DNA of 63,984 bases, counting the filler, from Octopus bimaculoides (Eukaryota), in NCBI RefSeq assembly GCF_001194135.2. It is 7 parts of 6 records of this genome, joined end to end, with 100 filler letters (N's around TTAATTAATTAA, not from the genome) between each part and the next. Parts side by side here need not be neighbours in the genome. Positions count along the whole stretch, not along the records: positions 13,885 to 44,894 come from NC_068985.1; positions 44,995 to 56,817 come from NC_068988.1; 5 more parts are not named here. One strand, given 5' to 3'. This document shows, piece by piece, positions 37,058 through 50,455 of the stretch (positions are counted from its first letter, which is position 1; every line of letters begins with the position of its first letter). The notes under the pieces were generated by a model. That model searched no databases. It was not told the origin of the DNA and was given only the letters and a program-made list of their open reading frames with translations. The translations under genes were made by a program, and so were the position numbers.

Positions 37058-38634
37058 TAGTATATATATATATATATATATATATATTAGTAAATATGAA
37101 TATTTATTTTGTACTTGTTTAGTAAATGAAATGACCTGAGATGGAAGAGTCATTTTAGACAATTACTGATACACCAAACTGTTATGTTCAATTTTTGTAT
37201 CAACTCTAATAAGTACCTAAAATTATCTTGCCGAATACCTGCTGTTTGGCAACTGATCTGGTGGTACAGAGGAAATTTATCAGAGACAGACTGTAGGCGT
37301 AAAACAATTTTTGTTAATTACTTTTCTTTTATCATTCCATTATACGTGCATATATACATAAGGACACACACTTGTATTTATAGCTTGACTCAGATTTGCA
37401 TTACTTGAGGTTTCACAGAAGGAAAAAGCATATTCAGATCGTTTAGATGCTTAATTCTCAGTAATAGGATGTCTGCAATTTCTAAATACGGCTGAATATC
37501 AATTCAATATCCATTTGTTGATTCAGATCACATGGATAAAATAAGTATCTCGATGGCTGTAATCTACAGTTGATTTGGATGCAACTATGGCTTGATGGGT
37601 ATGAGCAGTTTCTTTTGTTTGGTTAGAAATGCCAGGGCAACTGAAAATTCCAGGTACCTTTGTGGAATAATTAACTAGAAGAGAGCCTCTTTGGTTGGTA
37701 AAAGATGACAGCTTAGGTTCCCTGTTAAGGGATACAGCAGGATTTTATATGAAGTCAAGGTTTTGGAAGGAATGATGGTAAGGGCTAATGACTTAAAATT
37801 AATTAACAGGTGACCTTATTTGTGTTAGCGAAATGATAGCTCAGTTTTCTTGATGAAGGGAACAGTAGGCTATTGTAATATGTGAAATCTATCGCAAGGA
37901 CATAAACGACATCTGTGCACTCCGGGAGAGAAGTGAAGTGCTTTGCCAAGGATGCTCCATGTTAATACTGAATGGTGCATTTACCAGATCTCAGGTAAAT
38001 GAGACAGAGAGGTGATATTTCCTTGGTACAGGAACTGAAGACGTGAATATACGTGAATTTTCTTGGAGTCATTGGTGGTTGGTTCCCTGCGGTTTAATCG
38101 CTCGGGATATTCTTGAATGAGATAACTTCCTCCTTATAAACACCTTTCTTTGGAAATGCAGAATTCTTAGAGATATATAAGTTAAACAGAGATAAGTTTG
38201 AACTAGGTCAATTTACCGTTCTTAATTCCTATCAGACTAGAGGGAAGATTCCTCCTTATAGAATAAGATTTCACTGCAGGCTCGCAGTAATGGAGCGCAC
38301 CGCTATCGAAGATATCTCTATATAAGAATAGATTTGTGTTCCTTTTACTGATACCAACTACTAATCCCTAATTATATTTATGATTAGTCACATTTTCATG
38401 AATATATAAAACATTTATATAGAAAAAATTTATGTCTGACATCAGGTTTAAAACTAATGTCCAAGAAGCGGACTGTCTAGATCTCTCTTCTCAATAGAAT
38501 AAATGACAAGTTCACCAACACGGTTTTGGTCAAGTCGGGGCTATGATTAAAGACACTTGTATAAGATTCAACATATTCGATTGCGAAGCGAACTTAACTT
38601 AATCGGCCATACCTGCGTTCATTATGTATGTATG

Positions 38635-38665
<31 letters not shown>

Positions 38666-39844
38666 GTATACTCACATATACGCATGCATTTAAGCATTAG
38701 AAATTGCCTCGCGGCTTTAAGACGAATATTTTGTGGTCGCGCTTAATCAGCTTAATCAATTGACAGAGTTTCGATTTTTCTGCAATAACAATAAATAAAT
38801 AAAGTGGCAATAAAAGTACTGCATCACCACCACCACCACCATAACAGAGACAACAACGAAAAACCACCAACAACAACAATAGCAAAAAAACCCCAACAAA
38901 TATCATATCATCATTATCATCATCATCCCCTCTTCGACAACAATAACCACCACCACCACCACACCTATCCCTATCAGTAGCATCTGCAACAACTATAACA
39001 ATCCTGTGATGGATTGATTTGGTAGAGATAGTATCCAAATCTCCCTCAGAATTATAACTGTTTTTAAGAAGGATACATAAGATAACAATGTAATCCAATA
39101 TATACAAAACCTAAATACAATAGATGCTCACGGTTGGAATTGCTTTTAATCATAAAGCTGGTTGGTATCTACATAACAACAGCATAAGCAAATGTACTAT
39201 TCGAGACAGCAATTGTAATGGTCGTTATAACGAAAAGAGTATTTCCTTAAGCAAGAACCAGCAAAAAATCTCCAGCATTAGAGCCTATTGAATTAACTCC
39301 AGTCAATAATAAATGCTCTTTTATGCTAATTTTAATAGAGAGATCAAAAGAAAGGTCAGATCCAGAAGGATTTAACCTAGAAATGAGGAGTTGGGTGTAC
39401 AAAATATCCGAACGTAAATACTACTACAGTTTATAAAAGTACAAAACATTGATTTCTTTCATGGACATGAAAAACCATACATTCTATAGAGATCGTTGTC
39501 GTCGCTTGAATAGATCCCGGTTCATGTGTATCGATTTTGGAGTCATGAAAATGGAAGATGGCTTCGATGTGGAGCGCCGGGAAACAGAACGAAAAGAAAA
39601 ACAGTTTCATTGCCTTCCAAGCTTGCGATTCTATTGTATTTGCATCTACTATTTGAGAGGGGATTCATTAATAACATTTTGGTAATGTTCTGGATTCTAT
39701 ATTATATCAGAAAAGAGAATTTTTCTTCGTCCCTGCACGTCTTTTTAAAAATAAGTACCAAATTTATATCATATCATACATTGACGTCTTAAATCATTTC
39801 TGAAAGGCTTGTAATTTTCTGAAAGGAAGAGACGAATGAATTCC

Positions 39845-40812
39845 GTCAACACCTGTACTTGATTTATACTTTATTTTATCGACTGGGAAAGGATGAGAGG
39901 CAAGGTTAGCCCAGACGGAATTTGAGCCCAGAACATAATGAGCCGGGATAAATGAGACCCTATGATGATACTGCTAGACCGCTGTCCTTTGCCGTCTTCA
40001 ATAATATTTTCTAATTTTGGCACAATGCCAACAATGTTTTGATACGAGGTGGGTGGGTTAGTCTATAACAGTACTCAATCGATACTTTATTTTATTGACT
40101 CGGAAATCAGAAGCTTTAACAATTCAACCAATCTTTGTCGCTTTAAATAATGGTTTCAAAATTTGGCTGAAGGCCAGAAGTTTTAGGAGGAGTGGGTAAG
40201 TTGATTACATCGACACCAATATGTGACTGCTGCTCATTTTATACACCTTGAAATATTGAAAGGCAAAATTGACCTCGAGGGAATTTGAATTCAGCACGTA
40301 AAGTGCCCAAAGATGTTACGTTAAGCATTTTGTTCGACGTCCCACTGATTCTATTAGCACCCAGCTTTCTCGTCCTACATGATGGTTTCAAGTTATGGCG
40401 CAGGGTCAGCAGTCTTTCAAGGGAGGGTGAATAATATCTAAATACCAGTACTGAGCAGGTACTTATTTGATCAACCCTAGAAGAGTGAAAGGCAAAGCCG
40501 ACCTCAGCGGAACTTGAATTCAGAATGTAGAGACTGACGAAACGCTGCTAATAGTTTGACCCGGCGTGCTAACGGTTCAACCAACTCATCGTCTTTGTCG
40601 TCCTAAATAATGATTTCAAATCTTGACACAAGGCCAGCAAATTTAGCAGGAGAGGGTTAGACGATTACATCAACCCCAGTGCTCAACTGATACTTATTTT
40701 ATTGACTCCGAAAGGATGATAGGCAAAGTCGGCCTCAGTGGAATTTGAACTCAGAAAGTAAGGAGCCAGAAGAAATACTACTAAGCGTTGTGGGCGACGT
40801 GCTAACGATTTT
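39845..40812 (-). mobile_element. Array of ~5 head-to-tail diverged SINE family B copies (~220-bp period)
   Basis: Repeated 'ggcaaa..gacctc..ggaatttgaa.tcag' and 'taaataatg.tttcaaa' blocks. Confidence 0.85.
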
Positions 40813-42592
40813 ATAAATCTACTGTTCTTTATTTAAATAGCGAAAATTGTTTTAAGTAGTGAGTCTCTGATATGTGGAAAGATGGGATGGTCCTAACGTT
40901 ATAGAATCATTTTGCCTTTATCGAGATCATGTTCTGAATGAAACCCTAATGAAACTTCGGCAAGGATCATGCATAGTGAGGTAGCAATAAAGTACCAGTA
41001 ATATAAGAGGAGCGAATCTAGTGTTACCCTCTCAGTATATGTTTAACAGATAAACGAAGTCGGATTATTAAATAAATATATAAATCTGAAACAGAAGCAT
41101 TGTTTAACGTATACACACACACACACCTATATAGTTAAATGTATATTTATACATTTGTACACACGCACATACACACACTCACATATAATCGGCCTGAGTA
41201 TGTATGTATGTATGTATGTATGTATGTATGTTCGTACGTGTGTGTGTGTGTGTGCGTGTGTGTGTGTGTGTGTGTGCACGTGTGCGTGTGTGTCATTTAT
41301 TGTTGCTGTTCATGGCAGAAGCAACCAATTACAAAGACATTGCACGTTCCAAACGAAGCATCCCTTGAGGCAGTAAATAACAAAATTGCAGACATTAGAA
41401 ACTGTGCATCGATTTATCTTGCAGAATGGTAGAAGGAAAAGAGAAGAGAAGGAAAGGATGAAAAGGAGAAAGGAAAGAAAAGAGAAGGAAAAGAAGAAAG
41501 AAAGGAAAGTAAAAGAGGTTTCTTATGACATCATAGATCGTAGTGCGGATCTTAGTTACGTGGGAAGAATCTCCTACATGAGGAAATAATAAAACGAAAG
41601 AAGATAAAAAAAGTGATATATCGTTCGGATTGGAAAGATGGCGGAGAATTATTTTTAAGTAGGTTCAAGTTATATATACGCAATCGTATACACATATAGG
41701 CATTTGCACAGTTTACACACTTATACAGAGGCGTCGACATACACGCAGAGAAAAAGTGCTAAAATAAATATAGTACGAATGGCCATAACGAAGTGGTTGT
41801 TGTGTCTATCCCAGTTCAATTCCAGGTCATCCTCTTGATTGACGGGATATATAATCAATGTCCTTCAAGCCGAGAATATTAGATTTCTTCCCAAGGGAAA
41901 GTACATCGAAGAAGGCATAATTCATCATGTCCTTCCTTTCTAAGAGAGTAAGGTGTGGTTTGAAGGAAATGTGGTTAGAATTTCTAGCATTTCTCTTTGG
42001 CTGGTGATAATGTGCACACAAACAAACGCATATATGTCCACACACATATAAACGCATGCATACATATATAAACATGCACATATATACGAGCATGCGTAAA
42101 CCACTCACCATACACAGACGTACACACACACACACTTATTCATTCGCACAGACATGCACACACTTGGTGGGGTAACAAGGCTACCATAGGTTTCATGCAG
42201 AGAAAAATCTCAGCGATTATCAAGCCAGCCGCATGGGATGTTGGTACTTTCGTCCCTCTTGTTGAGCACTCATTCACACTGATCACACTAATCATATTAA
42301 ACTAACTGCAACACTTTCAGAACTGCTTACCTCCCTTGCATGCAATCTTTTCACTCAAGTACTATTAGACCCAATACCGTTTGGAAATCGGTGTTGATTC
42401 AAAGTCAGTGAACAGTAATGACGAAATCGATATGACTTTCTATATTGACTCATGATAATGATTTTTATACTTCTTAATTCCACCTTAAATCATTTATTTG
42501 TATGTATATATCTTTGATCTTATAAAAACAGCCATTACTTTTATACCAGGTGTGCAGCATTTTCTTTGTTTCTTTTTACTTTTCCCCTATGT

Positions 42593-42656
<64 letters not shown>

Positions 42657-42791
42657 ATGTATGTATATATATGTATGTGTGTACACATATATATATATAT
42701 CTATGAGTATATATGTATGTGTGTATGTGTATATATATGTATGTATACGTATAAACGTATATTTATATAATACACACACACACACACGCAT

Positions 42792-42880
<89 letters not shown>

Positions 42881-44157
42881 AGTGTATGTATATGTATGTA
42901 TGTATGTATATAACAGTAGGTTAAAAAATACTTGATACTATTGCTGGTGGGTCATCGTCGTTCGTCGATGAGGATTCACTTATTAGATCAATTGAAATAC
43001 GTGCTCCTGAGTTATTCTGTACATGGTTGAGTATTCCACGGACAACTTATACATTTAAAGCAATTCACGGGTAGGATCAGTATCACATAAGGTTGTACCA
43101 TTTGAATTTCAGGTACTGTCCACCCGTCGGGAAATCTATGATTTCCGTTGGTTCATTTTTATTCAGAAGGCATGGCTCGATTCTAGGCTATATAAAATTA
43201 AATTTGTCCAAGACTCCATGCATTGGGATAGAACTCTGAATCTTCTTAACATTCTGCTATAGCGTTCTTCTAAATGATACTACTACCTCTAAGATCAAGA
43301 CAATTCAATACAGTCTAGTTACAGTGTAAGTAGGAATTTTAAACGGTTAAATGTTTCTCAATGACCAATTTGGGGCTGAGGAGAATAGCTTTCACAAGAA
43401 GATTTGCTGAATGACAGAGTTAGAAAGTCGAAGTAACAACATTAAGCCTACTTGAAAAATATGCGAAATATGCGAAATATAAGATGGAAAAGCAAAAATT
43501 ATATGTGTATGTGTTTATACATAAAATTTTGCAAAATTTTGTCAATTTATATCGGATAATAATTTTTGCCTTTTCATCTATTTCTTCTATTTTCACTTGA
43601 CATCCGTTTAATTTCTGACAAGGGAATCTGTACGTCAAGCTCATCGGAATAGAAAACTAAGAATTTTTTGGCATTTGTGACACACTCTGTATGTAAGTCA
43701 GAAGCTGACGTATACTTTAGCTATGCATGCATACATACAAACATCTACAAGCACACGCCCCTACCACTATATAATGCTTATCCTATATAACATATATATT
43801 TATATACATGACCAAATCTTTTTGTATTGTTTTAGTTTAAAATAAGTAAAAAAAAAAATACAAAGTTAAATGGACTTCATTACCATTTCTATTACAATCG
43901 TGACATTTACAATACTTAAGTTTAACCATAATAAGTAGAAAAAACGGACAGAATATATGATCAAGTGTAAACATCATTTAAAAATACATCAGATTGACAT
44001 TTGCAGTAACTTACATATGTAACAAAATAGAACTCGGACTAATTAGGGTTTGTCTTTTAATAGTCTTCTGTTGTTTTTTTAAAAATTATTTATTTATTTA
44101 TTTGTTGCTTTGTTTTTGGTACTAGGCCATCAATCTCTCAGATAATCTGTAATTTAC

Positions 44158-44266
44158 CTGTAGAAACTGTTGCAAGGTCGTTGAAACGTCTCTGATACGA
44201 GTAGAGCAACAGAATAAATTTCTTTTCAACATCGATTTCTATCAGTCTCGGGCTGTAGTTCAAATC
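44158..44266 (-). CDS. Candidate 109-nt exon (DLNYSPRLIEIDVEKKFILLLYSYQRRFNDLATVST), gene unidentified
   Basis: cattcttccaacag| acceptor, CAG|GTAAAT donor, open phase 0 to 1 frame. Confidence 0.25.
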
Positions 44267-44894
44267 CTGTTGGAAGAATGCCAACATTGATTTTCATGCA
44301 TCGATCCAGTCAACCCACAACGAAGGAGGATCAACGTCTACATTTGACTTGTTTGAAACGCAAGCAAAATGTCCTTAAAATCACATTCTAACGTCTTCAA
44401 AAATACAGTAGAATACATTGAATAATGTCTTCATGGATAGAACCCGTTTGATAATAAGTCTGCCCCTTCTACGTTGAGCTGGAGCTAAGCAATCCTATGT
44501 CAAAAAAAAATAAGCAGTGTCGTCTTGGAATTTCTATTCTTTGTTTAGAGACCCGGATGTATTGGGCTGAACTGGAATTAAGCGACACGACGACAATAAC
44601 AAATGACGCCCAAGTAACGTTGACCTTCATTTCAAGAAAGGTCACTGTTTTTTTGGGACCTCCGAATAGGAATTATTATAAAATTCGGTTGTCGGGTTCC
44701 CTCAGAGATAAATCAGGCAAGCAATGCATTTTATATGTTAACGAGATACACATTCCTAGGCTGCTGTGACAACAGGAACCTTCTGGAATTGTGCACTGAT
44801 ATAACAGATACTAAAAAATGATACGGAAAGAAAGCCGGGTTAGTATTTATAACTCTTACATTGAATTTGTATATATATATATATATATATATAT

Positions 44895-44994
44895 NNNNNN
44901 NNNNNNNNNNNNNNNNNNNNNNNNNNNNNNNNNNNNNNTTAATTAATTAANNNNNNNNNNNNNNNNNNNNNNNNNNNNNNNNNNNNNNNNNNNN
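44895..44994. other. Assembly linker 44N-TTAATTAATTAA-44N
   Basis: Direct sequence. Confidence 0.95.
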
Positions 44995-44995
44995 A

Positions 44996-45379
44996 GCAGC
45001 AGCGGCGGCGGCAGCGGTGGTAGTGGTGTTGGTGGCTTGAGGGCTGTTGCTTTAATGTTTATGAGTCACTGTTGTTTAGTTCAATCTTGATCCAGTAATC
45101 TTACAATCACTGGCAATCTAACCGTGAGCATCTCATGTTTTGATTTACTATTAAGTTGGTAGGTGTGATTTACAGGAGGTTTTTTGCTGTTATTTCTAGC
45201 TAATCGCTTATCGAACGTACAAGGGACAACGTTATAAGCTCTGTCATTGGTTCGTGTTCTGGGAGTTTTAAGATTATAGGACTAGTGATGGAGATGAGGG
45301 TTCAAGTAAGCTCACCGGCGTGGAGGCGGTGTGGTGTTAACTAGGACATATATTTCGAAGATGTAATGTTTAATTAGCG
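44996..45379 (+). repeat. Left arm of a ~385-bp inverted duplication (partner 54649-55033)
   Basis: Manual alignment: 11 substitutions + 1 indel. Confidence 0.95.
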
Positions 45380-47247
45380 TTTTATGGTTTGTACAGCATC
45401 AGATTCTCTCGCTTTGTTAACCCAGCTGAGGTTGATCAAGTCCTAGCTTGCATCTCAATAGGTGCAAACCACCATCTTGCTCCCTTTATCCAAAGTCACC
45501 TAGTAGCCTTCCTTGCAACTAAGATACGCGAGATTGATATAGCTCTTCCCATCCTGAATTTCTCTAAACCAAATGTATATGCTTTTTTTCTTATATAGTT
45601 TAGTCAAAAGACTAGCTGCGGTGTTCTTGAACTTTGTATATCCGTTCAGACAAATGAAATGGACGCGGTTCTGCTTAGCCTGACCATTCATCTATGGCTC
45701 AACATCTGCATCTGAGACATGAGTACATATAGTGCCAGGAAGTCTGATCCAAACATTTGCAACAGAAATATTTTAATCCTCGGAATATATCGATCATTTT
45801 CTTAATCATGAGCTTTCTTTCGATTTTACTAAATTTACTTTCAATGTTTCGAGTTGATTGCTGTGGGATTTACGTTGGGGGTTAAAATGAAAGTAATGTT
45901 TTGATACGTATACCATTCTGATTGTTATTTATTTTTGTTTTAATGTGGCCTAGTTTTTCCTTTTTCTTTTTGACAAGTGACTATATCGTTTACTTCAATT
46001 TTCTTGTAAATATATCGATTACTCGCCTATCATGATGTTTTCCTTTCGATTTTTGTAAATGTGCGTCACTTATTTAGAGTAGATGAGCTGTGGGGTTTGA
46101 GTTATTGTGTGGTGTAGGAATGGTGTGAGGGTAAGTGTTGTGCTGAAATTAAATTTAGGCTTAAGAATTCGACGATAAAGTTAAATGTAGTGCCAGGCTA
46201 GAAGTGTTGGATGCGGACGGATTAGATTTTCAATTACAGTAATGAAGTAATGAATATTTCTCTTCGACACGTAGTTTATGATAATTATGTTTACGATTCT
46301 TTTAAAGAAAAATCGAAATATTATCTCAAATAAAAAAAAAAAAGAAATGAAAAAAAAATTGAACGGGTAATGAAAGAAAAAAGTGGAGCGTTGGGAAATG
46401 AAAGAAAAAATGGAGCGATAGTAAAAAAATTTAAAGAAATAAATATTTAAATAAAAAAAAACATGTGTGAAACAAAGTGAATAGTTCTAAAACAAACGGA
46501 AACGATAAATTGTGTTGATAGGGAGTTTAAATCCATTACAGAAAAATAAACTTGTCAAAGACCCATCGCTATCAGTAGAGAATATTGCGAGTGAAGAAAG
46601 AGACAACATCGAAATTTTCCATCAAATTACACCCTACTGTCGTCATAAAAATAGGAGGAAACATAACATTATGTATTCCTAGGTACACTGTGTCTTGTTT
46701 AAAATATGTGATGGCCATGACTAGAAATATTTTAATCACAGTTGTGCTTGATTAGCTCTACGGCAGAGTTATATAACCTCAACAAATATCTCTTAAATTA
46801 CATTCTACTGCATCAAAAAATGGAAAGACATTGGATAATGTTTCACAATCTTTGGTGGAAGTAAGCAAAAACGGGATGGTTACATCTGGAACGACTGATA
46901 ATAGATTTATTCGAACTGAGCTGAGATAGAGCTAAACGATAGCTACCATAACAATAAAACTTGATAAGCATTTGTTAGGAGCGGATTCATTTAACAAATT
47001 CTAAGGTCTATGAAAGACTAGAATTCAAGAAAACAATTGAGGAATTTTTCCCCAAACAATGCAAAACCTTCCTTCAATGGAATAATTTGGATTCCCGAGG
47101 GTAAGAAGAGGATGACGTTTTTGTTAGGACTTTACCAATGTGAATACGCCCGCCACTCTATATAAACTCAAATACACGCCCATACACAAGCTCACACACA
47201 AATATTTCGAGAGGTCCCTGACAGAAACATCAGGTCTCTCCATAAAG

Positions 47248-47329
<82 letters not shown>

Positions 47330-47357
47330 NNNNNNNNNNNNNNNNNNNNNNNNNNNN

Positions 47358-47400
<43 letters not shown>

Positions 47401-47686
47401 CGTAAATGTCGAACAATGAGAATGAGTGCTCAACACCGCATTGGCGGATGAAATCTATTTGTGTATTAAGGCTGCCATTGGTTTCATGTTAGAAAAACAT
47501 CCTTATTATCTTAGCAATTTTACAACCCGATCACATGGGGGAATGGTGTTCATCACCATTTTAGATAAAAACACCATTTTATCCAAAATGGAGACGAAAA
47601 CCTTTCCTCCATGTGATCGCATTGAAAAATTGTTAAGAAATTAAGATATTGGCTCGACATAAAACCAATGGTAGCCTAATACACAA

Positions 47687-47750
<64 letters not shown>

Positions 47751-48134
47751 GTACGCACATACATACACCACACAAATACATAACGATTTTATTCCTTTTT
47801 TTTAGTTTCCTCGTCTGTTATTATCACCTCATCCATTACCACCAGCACCACCAGCACCACCTGCATCACCATCATAGTCTTCATCGTCGTCACTCTTCTC
47901 TTCCTCTACTACCGCGTCGGCCTTTTTTCTTTTCCTTTTCCTAATCGTCTCCCCTACCTAGTCCTCTACGTCCTCCTCCCCCCCCACACCATCATCATAA
48001 TTATCTACATGTATTTCTCCTAACAGAGGAGCCGCTGTAGATTGACTTCCAATACTAAGTAGACACGCAGAGTACGTGTACGACTCAACTACAAACTAGT
48101 TAAATGATTGACTTTCCGGCTGTATGATCAAGGA

Positions 48135-48710
48135 AGCACACACACACACACACACACACGCACACACACACACATACACACACACACACACGCACATACA
48201 CACACACACACACACAGACACACACACAGACACACACAAACATGTATGCACACACACATACACACATGTACACACACGCACACAGTCGCACACATACACA
48301 CACATACATGTACGCACACACACACATGTACACACACACATGTACACACACACATGTACACACACACACACTCGCACACATACACACACACATACACAGG
48401 CACACATACACACACACACATGTACGCACACACACATACACACACATGTACACACAGGCACACACACTCGCACACATACACACACAGATACACACACACA
48501 TGTACGCGCACACAAACACTCGCACACACACACNNNNNNNNNNNNNNNNNNNNNNNNNNNNNNNNNNNNTCCACACATACACATACACTAGGTTATTTGT
48601 ACACATACACACACACCCAGGCCAATGCGTTTGCACACACACACACGCACACAAATGTACGCACACTCTGTCACATAGACACGCGCACGACGCACACATT
48701 TTAATTCCAG
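48135..48710. repeat. Degenerate (CA)n-rich tract
   Basis: Direct sequence. Confidence 0.95.
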
Positions 48711-49379
48711 AATATATACTTTAGTTAAATTCTTCTAGGAAGTTTCGTTATTATTTTTTATATTATATTATTATCTTCAGTTAGTTTTGCTCTTGTTACA
48801 TCGATTAGCGTATTTGTTCTTCATTCTTCAGCTGAATCGATTAGTGTTTCCTTACTTCTCAGAGTTAAATAGATTAGTTGTTTTGGAGATGGTTTGGAGA
48901 CATTGTAGTGACGGCGCCGGTGGTAGTGTTGGTGGTAGTGGTGTGTGAATGTGTACGGAGGGGAAGCGGGTTTATTTATCGAAGTTGATAGTGGTGGTAG
49001 AGATGTGTCTGAGGAAGGGGTTATTTATCGAAGCTGTATCGATTAGTATGTGTTCACATTGTTTATAGTAATATCGGTTAGTTTATTTTAATGTCTCATG
49101 TCTCAAAGATGAACTGATTGCTTGTTGTTCAATTTTATTTATTAAAACAATTTAGTTTTATTTCACTACAGTCTTGATGTTAGTTTAATTAATGCATAGT
49201 TACAAGCAAATTTACTCTGTTCATAAAGTATATAACTTAACTATGTATATATATGTGAGTATATAACTACTCACATCTAAAACTAAAATTAGTTTATTCA
49301 GTATCAAATTGGTTTAAATTGCTCTGAAGGATCTCGGATGTGACATTACTCGGCAGAGTATGTAGCTCGGAGATCTGGG

Positions 49380-49720
49380 AGTGTCTCCAGGTTGAGCTGC
49401 ATTGAGAGCCGAATTGAGTGGTCATAGCCTAGGTGCTGCGAACATGTGGTTAGAATGTCCCTGGAAATGTTCGCAAGACAAATTTTTCAAGCTGAGTCAA
49501 ACGGTAGACAGACCGGTAGGCGTAGACAGACCGGTAGGCGTAGACAGACCAAGAGCGAAATGGTTAGATAATATCCATAGACACAGTTGAGAATCCAGCT
49601 GGAGAGTGTAACGGCGGTTGCTTATGATAGGACCCAACAGAGGAGGTGGCTGAGGACTCAATCCCACCATGATAACACCGCGCCCTCAGGAATAATGGGC
49701 GGTGGAGATGGATTGATGGC
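49380..49720 (+). mobile_element. RTE-like LINE 3' fragment
   Basis: Decayed W.GHV.RM motif and RPVGVDRPRAKWLDNI (GRPR..W.D motif). Confidence 0.65.
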
Positions 49721-49739
49721 TAGACGTTAGTATTAATGC

Positions 49740-50170
49740 CTTCCTCAAAAGTCCGAATCTTGAGCTCATCGTGGTGGGAAGGTTAAACGAGAGAGTGTCA
49801 GGGCTATGCCGTCGGGGACTTCGATTCCCTGGTAAGGCTACCCAAGGCGGACAGATCTGACACCGTCGTCGATGCTAGGGCCGCAATCCGCCTAATTGGA
49901 GAGCAATGGTGAATTTCAGGCGGCTCCTGTTCCGGAATCTGGCTGCTTCTCGTGGCGTTGGATCGCGTCCGTAGGCATCTTACGGCGAGAAGGCGTAAGA
50001 CGAAAACGACCTGCCACCGTGTATGACATCTTACGGACACATACAGGAACTTTTTTTGTAGACTGATCATCCCTTGAAACTCCTATGAACTCAACGAACT
50101 CAAAAGAAGTCGGTTTAACCCCTCCCGGGTGGATATCGTTACAAGTCAAAGAAGCGGTTAGTATTAGCAT
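49740..50170 (-). mobile_element. GC-rich fragment, possibly the ORF1 region of a Tx1/L1-like element
   Basis: DDGVRSVRL..EVPDGI and TVAGR segments; weak similarity. Confidence 0.3.
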
Positions 50171-50244
50171 AATGAATATAGGAAACTTTAAAAAAGCTAA
50201 CTAGAAAACATTTTACCGTAAAACAAGCAAAAGAACAACCAATG

Positions 50245-50455
50245 GGCGAGCTGGAAAAATCATTTGCGCGCCGGCCAAAGTGCTTAGCGATATTTCGTCC
50301 ATCTTTACGTTCTCAGTTCAAATTCCGCCGAGGTCGACTTTGCCTTTCATCTCTTCGGGTCGATAAAATAAGAACTATTTGAGCACTGGGCTTGATGTAA
50401 TCGACTTACTTCTCCAAAACTGCTGGTTTTTTATCAAAATTTGAAAACAATATTA
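50245..50455 (+). mobile_element. SINE family B
   Basis: ggcgagctgg head, 'gttcaaattccgccgaggtcgactttgcctttcatc', tail 'aaaatttgaaaacaatatt'. Confidence 0.85.

Noticed and set aside
39545-39590. ggaaga-t-ggc...gcc-gggaaac as a hammerhead
   Set aside because: CUG is missing and the spacing before GAAA is wrong.
44158-44196. CTGTAGA...GAAACGTC as a hammerhead
   Set aside because: A6 is altered, stem II lacks the G-C closing pair and adjacent stem I does not pair.
5062-48724. Long ORFs in the track with poly-X, CV/HT/YI or poly-L/V runs
   Set aside because: They are translations of N gaps and di-, tri- or tetranucleotide microsatellites.
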